Numbered from the stretch's first letter, positions 12,795 through 24,877 are shown. The stretch: 64,000 bases of DNA from Schizosaccharomyces osmophilus (GCF_027921745.1 NC_079240.1:1116001-1180000), one strand, 5' to 3'. Notes: generated from the sequence alone by a model not told the origin. A program made the numbers and translations.

Positions 12795-13283
12795 AGATTA
12801 TCGTCACTATGTGCGGATTGAGGAAGCACATAAAATATGTTTCCGATTCTAAGTATGCGAATATGTACCCGCGTTAACAGGATTCATAACCTATGTACGA
12901 ATACAATGTATTAATTTCGTTGCTTTTCTATTAATATTATTTCTTTGCTAGGCCGTTCTCAATATTCAATATTCAATATTCAGTATTCAACATTTAACAT
13001 TTAACAATCAACAATCAAAATTCAGTTCAATTTCAATGTCAATGTCAATTTCAATTTCAAAATAAATAACTAAACAGCTAATAACGATGGCAATAACAAT
13101 AATGCAATACTTTTTTGTTTCTGCTTCTGCGTATCGTGTGAGAACCAATACATATAATATGATATAGAAAGATGAATGAATTGAATATACGTATGAGTAC
13201 TTTGCAAAGGAACAAGTGATAAAACTTCATTCTTTATTTTACTTGCTTTAATATATTTTATTTATCCTAATGTTATCAACCAA

Positions 13284-13357
13284 GGGCATGTGGTGTAGAT
13301 GGTTATCACGCTTCCTTAGCATGGAAGAGGTCCCAGATTCGAGTTCTGGCTTGTCCA
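13284..13357 (+). tRNA. tRNA-Ala (AGC)
   Basis: GGGCATGTGG...CTTCC-TT-AGC-AT-GGAAG...TTGTCCA, 74 nt; T-rich terminator. Confidence 0.96.
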
Positions 13358-13639
13358 AGTTTTTCTTTTTTTTCTTTTTTTTCCGTTTTGTCGTTATTTC
13401 ATTGTTTCACTATTTTGCTTTTTTTTGCTCTTGTTCCAGTGTTACAATTTTGGTTTGTTTGTTATAAATTTTATATATTGCGTTCACTGGGTTTATCATA
13501 CAGGGTGTTTTACACTATGTTGGCACTATGCAATAAAAAGACATTGCTTCAACAAAAGATCAACAAATAATTCAATCAAAGAGCAAATGAAATGGATTTT
13601 AAAAAAAATAAATAAAAAATAAAAAAATAAAAAAATTAA

Positions 13640-13713
13640 TGGTCACAGCCAGGCTCGAACTGGCGACATTCGACTTATTAGATCGACATGATAACCAACT
13701 ACATCATGCGACC
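13640..13713 (-). tRNA. tRNA-Ile (AAT)
   Basis: GGTCGCATG...TCGAT-CT-AAT-AA-GTCGA...GTTCGAGCC...TGTGACCA, 74 nt. Confidence 0.96.
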
Positions 13714-14280
13714 ATTTGTTACAAGCATTTTATGTTAGTGTAATCTAATCTGTTTTTCAATAACTGTGTTACTTTTCTATACATACATACACACATACAT
13801 ATACATGCATGCAAGTATGGATGTCTGTCAGCAATGCAAAGCAAAGCGAAAGAAAGAGATTAAAATAAAACACTCTGCATATGATTTTATAAATTTTAGC
13901 ATAAAAAACAAACGATAAATTCATAGTAGCAACCGCAAACTACACATCCGTCGAACGAAAACAATCAGTAATGCTAAAGCGAGCTAAATTAGCTAAATGA
14001 AATAAAAAAAAAATCTCAGAAAATATATATATATATATATATCATTAATCGCTCGTATCAAAAATAGCTCAATATGGGGGAAGGAATTGATAGCAGAGAA
14101 AAGTAGGAGATATGAATATATATTTATTAATAACTAGCTTGTCAGGGAAACGAGCGGATGCTTGGTTGGACATGGGACATGACAATCATACTATCTATGT
14201 AGTATGTAGTATGTAGTAAACGTTACAAACATTCAACAAAAGCATGAAAAAAATTTAGGTAGACAAGTAATCAATCAAGA

Positions 14281-14353
14281 GGCCTCGTGGCCCAATGGTC
14301 AAGGCGCCTGACTACGGATCAGGAGATTCCAGGTTCGACTCCTGGCGGGGTCA
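14281..14353 (+). tRNA. tRNA-Arg (ACG)
   Basis: Identical to the 1809-1881 gene. Confidence 0.97.
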
Positions 14354-16299
14354 ATTTCTTTTTGCTTTTTTTTGCTTTCTTTTCTTTTCTTGTTTCATTC
14401 CATTTTGTTTTGCTTTTCTTTACCCTTCTATTAGCTAAATGAATAAGTTCGTTCTAAAACATGCAACAGCGAAACGGAATATGAAAACAATAGATAACAA
14501 CCGCCCCGTGAGTGTACGTTCATCTTCTTTTCTAGTCTCATATAGTCATCGTACACCTCGGGATGTTGCGCAAAACATCTCATGACCATTTGTAAATTTC
14601 CATATATATAATATAATAATATAATCTTGTGCAGCTTCTTGTCCTTGAGAAACACACATAATCTTCCTGAGGGAACTAAGGAATGTCTGGTTTGGCGAGG
14701 CGGTTCAGTTTGTTCGTGTTATAGATCATAACATGAATTCATTGGACTCGTAAGTTCCTTCTCAATGTAAGAAACCGATCATTTCGTTACTTTCCATGTG
14801 TACAATTTATGATCAAACCTGATTCTGTGAAGTTATGTAGACTCGTCATGGATTTCCTCACACTTCTTAAGGACGATTTATACAATATTTACATGATATT
14901 TGTAAGCTTATTAAAAGGGTCAATGAAATGAACAAGTGGAAAGAAAAAATAAAACACAAATATTGAAATGTTTAAGAGAAAGTAAGAAATTTCCAAAAAT
15001 CCGCATGAGTATGTCTGAATGACAGATAGAAAAAGTTTCGAATCTAATACGAATCATTTTGATTTACACTCGCCATTATCTTGCATGTACGTACGCCCTA
15101 TACTGTTCTGAAGTACGAAATACAGTGAGTGGAATTTACAAATCATATGAGGATCATATGAACAATCAAATATTTAAATATTCACAAATTTTTCAAACGG
15201 ATAATTGAACTATTGAGTAGGACTCATAGTGTATTCTATTGCCAAGTGTCATTAATTTCATAAACGACATCAGGCTTTTTTATCGTATTGAACGATAGCT
15301 GAATTGATTACAATTTTTATTTTGTTTTGACTTAGCTGGTAAAACTGTCTCATTTGAATTGATCCCCGAGTTGTTAAGCGAAGAATCATTCAGGCTCAAT
15401 TGATACTAGCTGGTATGCAATTATTGTTAGTCATGTTGTCATAAAGAGTTGTTGTTTTTTCCATGTATATAATTATTGCACATAAGAGCATCTGTTTCTT
15501 ACAAAATAAACTTTTAGTCGATAATATGTTCTCAGATCCAACCTCTCACAAAAGACCAGATCACACAGTCCTGAGTAATCACAAGTGAGGCCTGCCGATT
15601 GGCAGTTAAGAGTTATAACAACGATTTAACAGGAGAGAAAAAGGACTGCTTTGTATCTTTCTCTTCTCTTCTCTTCTTTTCTTTCCTTTCCTTTCCTTTT
15701 CAATCCTTAATTATGTTTAGCAAAAAGTAACGATGAAGTTGGCGGGTGGCCTTTACGATGATTGCAATTTTCTAAACAACCCTTCATCTAATATTTTATC
15801 CCATGAAAGTTTACTTAACCTACCAAGAAAAAAAACGTAAGTCAATTTTTGAATTCATAAACATATTGGAATCATCAATCGTATGTCGTTTCATTGTGTT
15901 AAGTTGAAAAGCAATGAGAGATCACGTATCGTGAGGGAAGGTGACAGTAAAATCTTGATTATGAATGCGGGACTATTCAAAATAACCATTATTTTGGTGC
16001 ATAACTGGTATTCTGTGCTTTGAATGAATTCGGCAGAAGATGTATAGTTCGTTTCATATTTTTAAAACTATTAAATAAACAAAATAGTAGGTATTTCGTA
16101 AAGTTGGAATCAAATCATAAACTCATAAAAAATTCAGATGTTTCCTATCAAAGATGACTTTATCTGATAATTATTTTACGTTTATGACTTACAATGTCAT
16201 TTGTCTAATCTCATATCATATATTCAAGCGTATTATTGGACATAATTTTTAAAGAAAAATATTTACATTTCAGTAGATACAACAAAAAACCAAAAAAGA

Positions 16300-16372
16300 C
16301 GGTCAGAGTGGGGCTCGAACCCACGACCTCATGATTAACAGTCATGCGCACTACCAACTGTGCTATCCGACC
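16300..16372 (-). tRNA. tRNA-Asn (GTT), downstream member of Met-Asn dimer
   Basis: GGTCGGA...CATGA-CT-GTT-AA-TCATG...GTTCGAGCCCC...TCTGACCG, 73 nt. Confidence 0.96.
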
Positions 16373-16378
16373 TTAAGA

Positions 16379-16459
16379 TGCTTCTGGTGAGGCTCGAACT
16401 CACGACCTTCCCCTTTCATTTTATGAGAGGGACGCTACCACCAACTGAGCTACAGAAGC
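16379..16459 (-). tRNA. tRNA-Met (CAT), elongator type, 7 nt intron
   Basis: GCTTCTG/CAGAAGC acceptor stem; TCCCT-CT-CAT-A[AAATGAA]A-GGGGA; GTTCGA T-loop (not the initiator GATCGA). Confidence 0.94.
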
Positions 16460-17068
16460 TTGGTTAGTGATTAGTATTTACAAATTTATATCATAGCTAA
16501 AGTTTGTATTTTAACGCTCACATTGTAGTGCTTATATAAAAATTTATTCCTAACTATAATGAAGACGGGACGATAAATGAATCCTTTGATTTTTAGTTAT
16601 GCTCGTTTTAATATTAAACTAAAATTAACTGATTAATACCTTTCCAGATGATACAAAGTTTCTACGTACATATATGATTCATAAAAAGTTAGTGTTTAAG
16701 CAATTGTTACTTCCTTGTCTTCATTCATGTTCTACATACACCAGAAAACGACTTAAAAGTAATTGAAACAGCCGAAAATGAAAGACATTATTAAATATAG
16801 AAGCGAAATCAATCTCTGTTTGTATGATAGCACGCTCATTAAAACAAATAAACGCAAAAAGAAATTCTTTAAATTGAGGCTTTAAATTTTGTTTTTGCTG
16901 TATTATTTTTCAGGAATAAAAAGAATAATAAACCATTTTAAGATTATCAGTAGAGCATTATAGTCTACAGTGAAACAGAAACTCTTTTAAGTCTAATGTG
17001 GATGAGGTCTTTTAAATGAGTAACAATATGAATTTCACTACAGTACATTTGAATGTACAAAAATGTTT

Positions 17069-17140
17069 TTCCGTTGCGGGGAGTCGAACCCCGGCCGCGT
17101 CGGTGAAAGCGACGAATCCTAGCCGTTGGACCACAACGGA
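17069..17140 (-). tRNA. tRNA-Glu (TTC)
   Basis: TCCGTTGTGG...CGTCG-CT-TTC-AC-CGACG...GTTCGACTCC...CAACGGAA, 72 nt. Confidence 0.97.
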
Positions 17141-18614
17141 TTGCTTGTTGACCAGCAGATAATGTGTTTAACAACTTACTTATAGTCAGATACTAAATCT
17201 ACTTTTTTTATTACTTTCGTTTGCATGTACACCTTACCTATACCTAGGCCAAGCCACACTTATACCTCGCAGCGAAACCACCTCTTCATAATCATTGCAT
17301 TCAGTCAGTCCTTCACAACTGCATACTATACGAATGCTTATTTGAACTCTTAATGATCACTCTCGCTTACCACAATTGTTTCCTTTCCCTTTCCCTGTTC
17401 CTTTTCATTCTAGTTTATTTCAACACTATGAATATTTGTTAGTTTATCGGGTTCGTATTAGTCTTTATTAAATAACCATTCTTTTAACGTTGTATTTCTT
17501 TTTTTTTTCTTATATTCCAGAAGTATCAAATCTTTATTGACATCGTCATCATCATTAGGGCGGCAAATGGCTTTATCATTATATATAAATCGTTTCAACG
17601 TAGCTAGCCACGTACAGAATAGTTATCTTTCCATTGTATTCCCTTTTAATGAATTATTTATTCAGTCTAAGAAGTCAGCAATGAGTGATTATATACCTTG
17701 CTTGCTTCAAACAAATCCTTGTGAAATCTTGTCAACTCAACAAACGATCATACATAAAAAACGGTCTAAACGATCTAATCATATAAGGAAATGCTGAAGG
17801 ATAACGTAAGTTCTTTCTTCTTTCAGTTGCCGGCTTGACAAACAGTACACTCAGTATACATATTCATTACTTGAATTGAATCAACCCGCAAGCCAAGTCG
17901 AGTCATTCACGTATTATCTATAATTTTTTCATATACATTAGTACGAATCCACTATAAGATCTTTCAGTTCTTTAGAGCGTATATAAATTATATACAAAGA
18001 CAGTGGTTGTGAATAAAATTCAACAAGCGAAATCACGTAGATGCCTTTTAAGTTCTTAAAAGTGAATCAGAATGTTGAGCCATTCTTCCCCACTGAACGC
18101 TATTTACCACCAAATAGCGAAAATATTAGAAAAGATGAATTCAGTTACGATAAACGGATGGAGAATATGTTATTCTACTACTTTGCCCTAAGACCGAAAC
18201 GAGGGATGTCTTTAATTCTCATGTCAAAAAGAGTCCCGTTGAAGGGCTATCATTTGAGCCAATTTTATATATATAATAGATTCTTGGCTGTATGATTTGA
18301 TGACTAATGCGTTTCTTTTTTTTTTTTTTTGTCCTTGACCTCACTCAGTTAAACTCAATGCCAAAGTCAAAGCTATTGCCGAAAAAACGGCGAGCAAATG
18401 ATCGAAAATCAACCAAACAAGTAGATTTGCAGGAGCCCAAGTATCATCAATAGTATTTAAATTGATATACATGGTACCTTGAAATTGGTCAGCATTTGGT
18501 TACAGATGATTTTACCTTTCGAGAATGGTTCATTAAATTTAAATACGCTTATTTGCAGCGCTTTAGAATGAAATATTGTATCAATGTATTCGGTAAAAAG
18601 ACGGCAAGAAACAT

Positions 18615-18670
18615 AGATAGAGATAGAGACAGAGACAGAGACAGAGACAGAGACAGAGATAAAGACAGAG
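18615..18670. repeat. (AGAGAC/AGAGAT)n microsatellite (mirror ~41881-41936)
   Basis: Tandem hexamers visible directly. Confidence 0.9.
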
Positions 18671-20523
18671 CCTGATATAATTTCTTAGATACCATCAATA
18701 TTGAATATGACTGAATAATTGCAATCCTTCAACAGAGATTTTCTCTTCGATCTAGTATCGTATATGATATATGATATATGCACACGAAAGAAGTCAGAAA
18801 TAATACGACACGGTTAAGCAATTGACGAATGTTGCTTAAATTCGTAAATGTTTACATAGGAAAGGAGGAAACTGAAACATAGAGCTGCTTGTTATATTAC
18901 AAACCATACAAAGGCCTTCCCTTTACAGTTTACAAAATGAATTCGTTCGTACGATCGCTAGATAGTCGGCATAATAGAGGGAAAACTAAACGAACACAAC
19001 AATACTACAGTACTCAGGTAAAATTCTTAAATAAAACAGAATAAATTGCAGTGATAAACATTAGTCTCACGGAACAGGGTGCTTAGAGAGTGCACGAATT
19101 TAAGGTAGGATGTACGCGAAGCAACCTGAGGACGCTTGTAATGCATGTACTATGGACAAGCGAACAGCTTTCAGTAATTGGATTGTTTTGATAGGTTTGG
19201 ATTCTACTTAAACTGCATAGTCAAGACAAGTATAACAGTTTGAGACAACGTATATTCATATACAGTTGATTATTCAGTATTGAAACCAACCATTACCGTT
19301 TTCATATATATTGTCAGAGCTTCCCCACTTTCTACTTGATTTAGTGATTGGCAAGCGAATTCGTTAGAAGACACGGATTTGACAACGGTAGTTTTGGATT
19401 TCAAAAGACAAAGACGAAGAAGAATGATCAAAATAATTGTGTAGTATTGAAAATTCTTTTGCTAATAAAACGGTATAATGAATGAATGGAAAATCTTGAA
19501 ACCGTAATACAAGAAAGTTACATGTGTTTCTTGGCTAGCCTATCGCTCAAAATCTTGCAACGATCCCCTAGAAGTTCGTGACAATGTTTGGTATGTCAAT
19601 TTTGTCTACTCAAACACAAACACAAATACAAATACAAATACTGGCTAAATATAGATTTCAAAGATGGCTGTACGAACCTGAACCGTAGCGCTTGTTATCG
19701 CAATCTCGTTCACTCATGCAAACCTGTTGATTCTCTATTTGTCATAAACTTTAACGCTAAAGAGTTCGTTTCGTTGATATGAAATTCGATACAGTGGATC
19801 TGCGCAAAGCTACAGCGATGGATACTGGTTTTTAAACCCATTCATATACGCTAAAATTGACTGACATCAGTCAAGCTTTTTAGATTTTGTTGAGGTTTCC
19901 AACTATCCGACAATAACTCCATAGAACATCAACGCTTCAAGCGATAATTTACATCATGAACGATGTATTTTCTCTGTATACATACTGAAGCTCTATAATT
20001 CCTGCTCCCAAACCTCTCGATAATGGTGGAGCACGTCATCCATCTTACATCTTAGCATTGAATATATGCTAAAAAGCTTTTCATTTAATATATATATATA
20101 TATATATATATTATATCTTCTATATAAGGTTCCGGAATAATTTTGCATGAAAAAAGTTCCTACCAAAAACCTCCCGGTCCAAGGAAGAAAAAGTTACTGT
20201 TGAAGAGTAGATTAGAAAGTCTAAAGCTTATAAGATTATGCTCCTATTCGCTGGTTTGCTGGCTAAACTATATGCTTCGGCGTTTTGAGCCTAAGTGAGA
20301 TATTGCACTATACTGAATCTTAATCGATCGTTGCTAAACATTGTTGAAATGTCGTTATTGTTTCTCCTTAGCATGGGAATCTTACCAAGTGCTAAATAAT
20401 GTCTAATTCCAAAAGATACGAAGTGATTGAATAGATTGAAGCAGTTAGTATTCGAGGGATTTTAGTCGAATAGTATTGTGTTACAAGGAACACGTATATT
20501 GTGACAATCCTTTGCTAGAGTAT

Positions 20524-20896
20524 TGTGAAACTAGATGAATGTATGAATCAATGAGTTACCATCTTGACCGGTTTGTATAACCTTTCTGAAATATAGAATA
20601 GTTGCAAAAAAGTACTTTTATAAAAAGCCATTGTGGCACTACAGTTTACACCAAGTAACATACGTTTTTCCAACATTTTCATAGCAAGTGTCTAGTCATA
20701 TCAAACGTCAAAACTCATTGAAAGCTCAATTACATAAATTCTATTGTCATTTTATTTAGCTAATCCGGTCGCAGGATCTGAGAGTACTTGCGTACAAAGG
20801 TAAGGTAGACTCCAAATTTACTAAAAATAGCTTATTCAAATTATAAATTATTACGCTCGGTCATACGTTGAGACTCCGTAAAACTTAACTGTGACA
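20524..20896 (+). mobile_element. Degenerate LTR (probable 5' LTR of a truncated Ty3/gypsy Tf-like element); left end approximate
   Basis: Ends ...ccgtaaaacttaacTGTGACA; the last ~180 bp align with 61680-61867; a TGT start at 20524 gives a comparable length (373 bp). Confidence 0.65.
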
Positions 20897-20979
20897 TTGT
20901 CCTCATAGATCTCAGTAATACTGTATTTTATAAGGCTACACTATTAAAAAACAAGTAGATTAAATTTAATTGTTATTCT

Positions 20980-21527
20980 ATGAAAATATACAACCGAATT
21001 AGCCAATAAGGTCAACAACAGGAACGTTATAGACGGCATTGTGTAGCAATATAGTAAGAAACCTTGTTAGTGCGATTAACACAATGTTTTATGATGCTTC
21101 TCATTGCGGTTAGATTTAGTTAAGATAAACTTGAAACTGCTTCTACTAATTTCATTGTTCAAAATCCATTTAGAGAAAACACGATACTTATGTATTGCTA
21201 ACCTGGGATTGAAGCATTTACAACAAATGGATCTTCAATAACTGGTTACGAAGAAATATATAGAAGTTATTAGTGAACAAATCCCAAAATAATGAAGTCT
21301 TATCAAGCATTTTGTTTGCGTCTGTGTTACTCAAAAAAGAAGTAAACAGAATTTTATCGAAAGACAAGCAAATCTTTGAACTCAAGAATGAGACTATTCA
21401 TAACAATGGTACGCCAGCAATAAAATTGCAGAACAGTTTTGCTAATGCTAAACTATATCTATTGCTATCAAAGTTTCCTTCGACTAGGTTAACGATGCTT
21501 AGTACGCCATATAAAGCAGTCATTTGA
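20980..21527 (+). pseudogene. Frameshifted gag-like relic following the LTR
   Basis: Restoring two single A's in A-runs gives LKHLQQNGSSITGYEEIYRKLLVNKSQNNEVLSSILFASVLLKKEVNRIL, resembling the Ty3/gypsy Gag major-homology-region pattern; position just 3' of an LTR. Confidence 0.4.
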
Positions 21528-21541
21528 CGTAAGAAGCACGT

Positions 21542-21712
21542 AGACGAGCGTTCTTCTCACAACAGTACATAACTACCTTATTTCGATTCACATAAGGAAG
21601 CGAGGAAGAAGGAAGCTAAATTATGGTATTGATTCTTTTTCCAATCTTCGTTTCAACTCCCTGTGATTGACATCTTCCGTTCCCATTAATCGCCTTTCGT
21701 ACAAGTCTGCTA
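21542..21712 (+). repeat. 171 bp dispersed element, copy 2
   Basis: Matches 12624-12794 (2 mismatches). Confidence 0.93.
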
Positions 21713-22244
21713 CAGCCATGAAAAGTTAATCGCTCCGGTGGCTTTGTGTCTAATGAATTAATACTTCCCAAGCCCAAACACATTCAATGATGAAGTGATA
21801 TATTGCATTGCATTGCATTGTATTCCAAATTAAGATTATTTCTACTATTTCGGTGCACTTGGGATTTGTTTTGACATATTGAATTTATTGTACTATTCGT
21901 TCTCGTTAACATATAATATATTCCTTTTGTGAATATTTAAAAGAGAATACGGAAGATGGAACGCTGAACATTGAACATTGGAACCATAAGCAGACAGTAG
22001 ATTCGTCAGTCTTATCCAGTGGTTCCGAATGTGAAACGTGGAATATTTCCTGTAATAAAGCAAGGCTTGGATTGACCTATTTCTTCTGGGTACATTGGAA
22101 ATCATTAGAAGCATGAAAGGAAGGGACATCTCATCAAAGCCTTATTATAGCTCATACATCATGCATTAAGTGAATTAGAATGAAAGCTTGCTAACATATA
22201 AATTTGGATATAGTAACCGCAATTATAGCCTGTATACACATGAT

Positions 22245-22315
22245 TCTTCCTTAGTATAGGGGTAGTACACCAGCCTGTCACGCTGGCAGCCCGGGTTCGA
22301 ATCCCGGAGGGAGAG
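22245..22315 (+). tRNA. tRNA-Asp (GTC)
   Basis: Identical to the 7801-7871 gene. Confidence 0.97.
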
Positions 22316-22685
22316 TGATTCTTTTTTTGTGTGGTTTTTTATTTTTTATTTTTTTTTCGTTTTTTCGTTTTTTCCTCATACTTGGGTTCTTCCTTGCATT
22401 TGAGAACGCCATTCGATTTTGCGTTTCTAATACTGTTTTGTACATGGCTTTCTTCATATTTGGCTGTTCACTCAGAGTCATATTCATTAAGTGCAAGTAG
22501 ATGATGATGATGCATGCTATCAGGTGAAATGAGACAAAAAATTGCTAGTAAACTGACACTAAGCAAACTAAATGAAACCATCAACAATGAATAGGATAAT
22601 AGCATAGATGTAGAAAAAAAAATAAACATTCATCATCCATTGGATGGTTCTAAAAAAAAAGAAAAGTTGAAAAAAGTGAAGGCTA

Positions 22686-22768
22686 TGACCGTGCCAAGAC
22701 TCGAACTTGGGACCGTCTGCGAACATTGAATGTTAAGCAGAAATTATAACCATCTAAACCACACGGCC
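22686..22768 (-). tRNA. tRNA-Val (AAC), 9 nt intron
   Basis: Identical to the 7348-7430 gene. Confidence 0.96.
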
Positions 22769-23099
22769 TTCGTTGATGGCTTTCATTGTTTGCAAAAATA
22801 ATTACTTATTACAATCGTTGCCGTTAAACGGACGGTGTGGCACCATTTATATACTTCCTTTTCGTCTCTTTGGGATTTTACATGAATAAATGATGATAAC
22901 AATATTTATGCAAGTACCAGAATTGAATATGTAAACTGTTGAATGTGTTAATCGAACTATACTGTGAATACCTTAAGGGTTAAAGAGAAAGCAATCATCG
23001 GTTGTTTACGGGCAACATACATGTTTGCCCTATTTGTGCATAAATCAAAGTTTTGTAAATAAGGAATAAAAATGTAAAATTAAGTTATTAGAACAATAT

Positions 23100-23173
23100 G
23101 GGCATGTGGTGTAGATGGTTATCACGCTTCCTTAGCATGGAAGAGGTCCCAGATTCGAGTTCTGGCTTGTCCA
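23100..23173 (+). tRNA. tRNA-Ala (AGC)
   Basis: Identical to the 13284-13357 gene. Confidence 0.96.
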
Positions 23174-23455
23174 AGTTTTTCTTTTTTTTCTTTTTTTTCC
23201 GTTTTGTCGTTATTTCATTGTTTCACTATTTTGCTTTTTTTTGCTCTTGTTCCAGTGTTACAATTTTGGTTTGTTTGTTATAAATTTTATATATTGCGTT
23301 CACTGGGTTTATCATACAGGGTGTTTTACACTATGTTGGCACTATGCAATAAAAAGACATTGCTTCAACAAAAGATCAACAAATAATTCAATCAAAGAGC
23401 AAATGAAATGGATTTTAAAAAAAATAAATAAAAAATAAAAAAATAAAAAAATTAA

Positions 23456-23529
23456 TGGTCACAGCCAGGCTCGAACTGGCGACATTCGACTTATTAGATC
23501 GACATGATAACCAACTACATCATGCGACC
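23456..23529 (-). tRNA. tRNA-Ile (AAT)
   Basis: Identical to the 13640-13713 gene. Confidence 0.96.
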
Positions 23530-24009
23530 ACTTGTTGGAGACGGACGTCTTTGGCTTAATTTTATGAAGTCACGCTTTTACTAATTTCTTTCCTTCGTCC
23601 TTACTTTTTTATACGTATTCGATATCGATTTATATGCATGCTTGTCAACAAAGCGAAAGAAAAAGAATAAACCGAAATATTCTGCGTATTAGTTTATGAA
23701 TCTTGTCATAAAAAAACGAACTTTAAATTCAATAGTAGCAACTGCAAACAACACATCCGTCGAACCGAAAACAAACAGTCATGAAAAATAAGTTAGTATA
23801 GTTAACTTTATTTTTAAAAGGGACCACTCTTTCTAAATTTTAACAGAAAAAACCAAAAAAAAAGAACCGCAATAAAATAAAACACTGTTGGTACATAAAA
23901 ATCGACAGCACAAAAGAAGAAAAGTGTTAGCTAACGTAACCATAACATTTCACACGAAATTACATTAAACGCCGTACAAAATATTTGAAAAATGTAGTTA
24001 CTTAAGCAA

Positions 24010-24082
24010 GGCCTCGTGGCCCAATGGTCAAGGCGCCTGACTACGGATCAGGAGATTCCAGGTTCGACTCCTGGCGGGGTCA
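24010..24082 (+). tRNA. tRNA-Arg (ACG)
   Basis: Identical to the other Arg(ACG) copies. Confidence 0.97.
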
Positions 24083-24211
24083 ATTTATTTTTTCATTTTT
24101 TTTCTCTCTAAATTTTTTGCTTTTCTTTTTATATCCATCTACGGCCTTAAAAATGTCTCCACTTTGCTTTTCCTAAATATCATCTTGAACAGCTTTTTAT
24201 TTACTACTCTA

Positions 24212-24589
24212 TGTCACAACTCATATACGATATTACTAATATTTTAATATATTATTATCGTATGGCAATAAGGATTCATGAATGTAATGAATAAACAAAG
24301 AAACTATTTAGACAAATGAAATAGGTTTAGACAAAGACTTTGTTACAAATTATATAAATGCGCAAATTACCTGGCAAATCTTCAGATTGGAAGATTTGAC
24401 TGATCTAGCTAAATAAATCGTTCATACAACTTACTTAGTGAATCAAATCCCTGGAAGCTATTGCTATTTTTCTAATAGAATAAAAGCATCCAATTTAAAA
24501 GTCAAACATACAATTTAATGAATTGTTATTACATACATCTTTTCCACTGAATACTTATTCTCATAACAAGTGAGATTCAACCTGTGACA
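24212..24589 (+). mobile_element. Solo LTR-like element (378 bp) in the Arg-Lys spacer
   Basis: TGTCACA...TGTGACA terminal inverted repeat; TATATAAA (~24351) then AATAAA (~24412); homologous to 61522-61867; absent from the paralogous Lys-Arg spacer at 1620-1808. Confidence 0.8.
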
Positions 24590-24630
24590 ATTGCAAGCTA
24601 TGATTTGAGAAATAGAAATAAAAAAAGGAA

Positions 24631-24714
24631 CTCCCAAGGCGAGACTCGAACTCGCAACCTTCTGATGACCTTTCATAAGAGTCAGACGCTCTAAACCGAT
24701 TGAGCTACCCGGGA
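24631..24714 (-). tRNA. tRNA-Lys (CTT), 9 nt intron
   Basis: Identical to the 1536-1619 gene. Confidence 0.96.
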
Positions 24715-24805
24715 CTTGTTGTAGTAATAAAATACATTAAATATATGACCCATTTAAAAAGAAGCGATGAATTTACATTTAATGTACGTTGCAAAAAGCA
24801 AGATT

Positions 24806-24877
24806 TTCCGTCAGGGGGAATCGAACCCCCGCCGCATCGGTGAGAGCGATGAATCCTAGCCACTGGACCATGACGGA
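24806..24877 (-). tRNA. tRNA-Glu (CTC)
   Basis: Identical to the 76-147 gene. Confidence 0.97.

Noticed and set aside
20130..20506. Possible additional LTR ending at TGTGACA 20500-20506
   Set aside because: Only the terminal heptamer matches; no internal similarity to the other LTR copies was visible.
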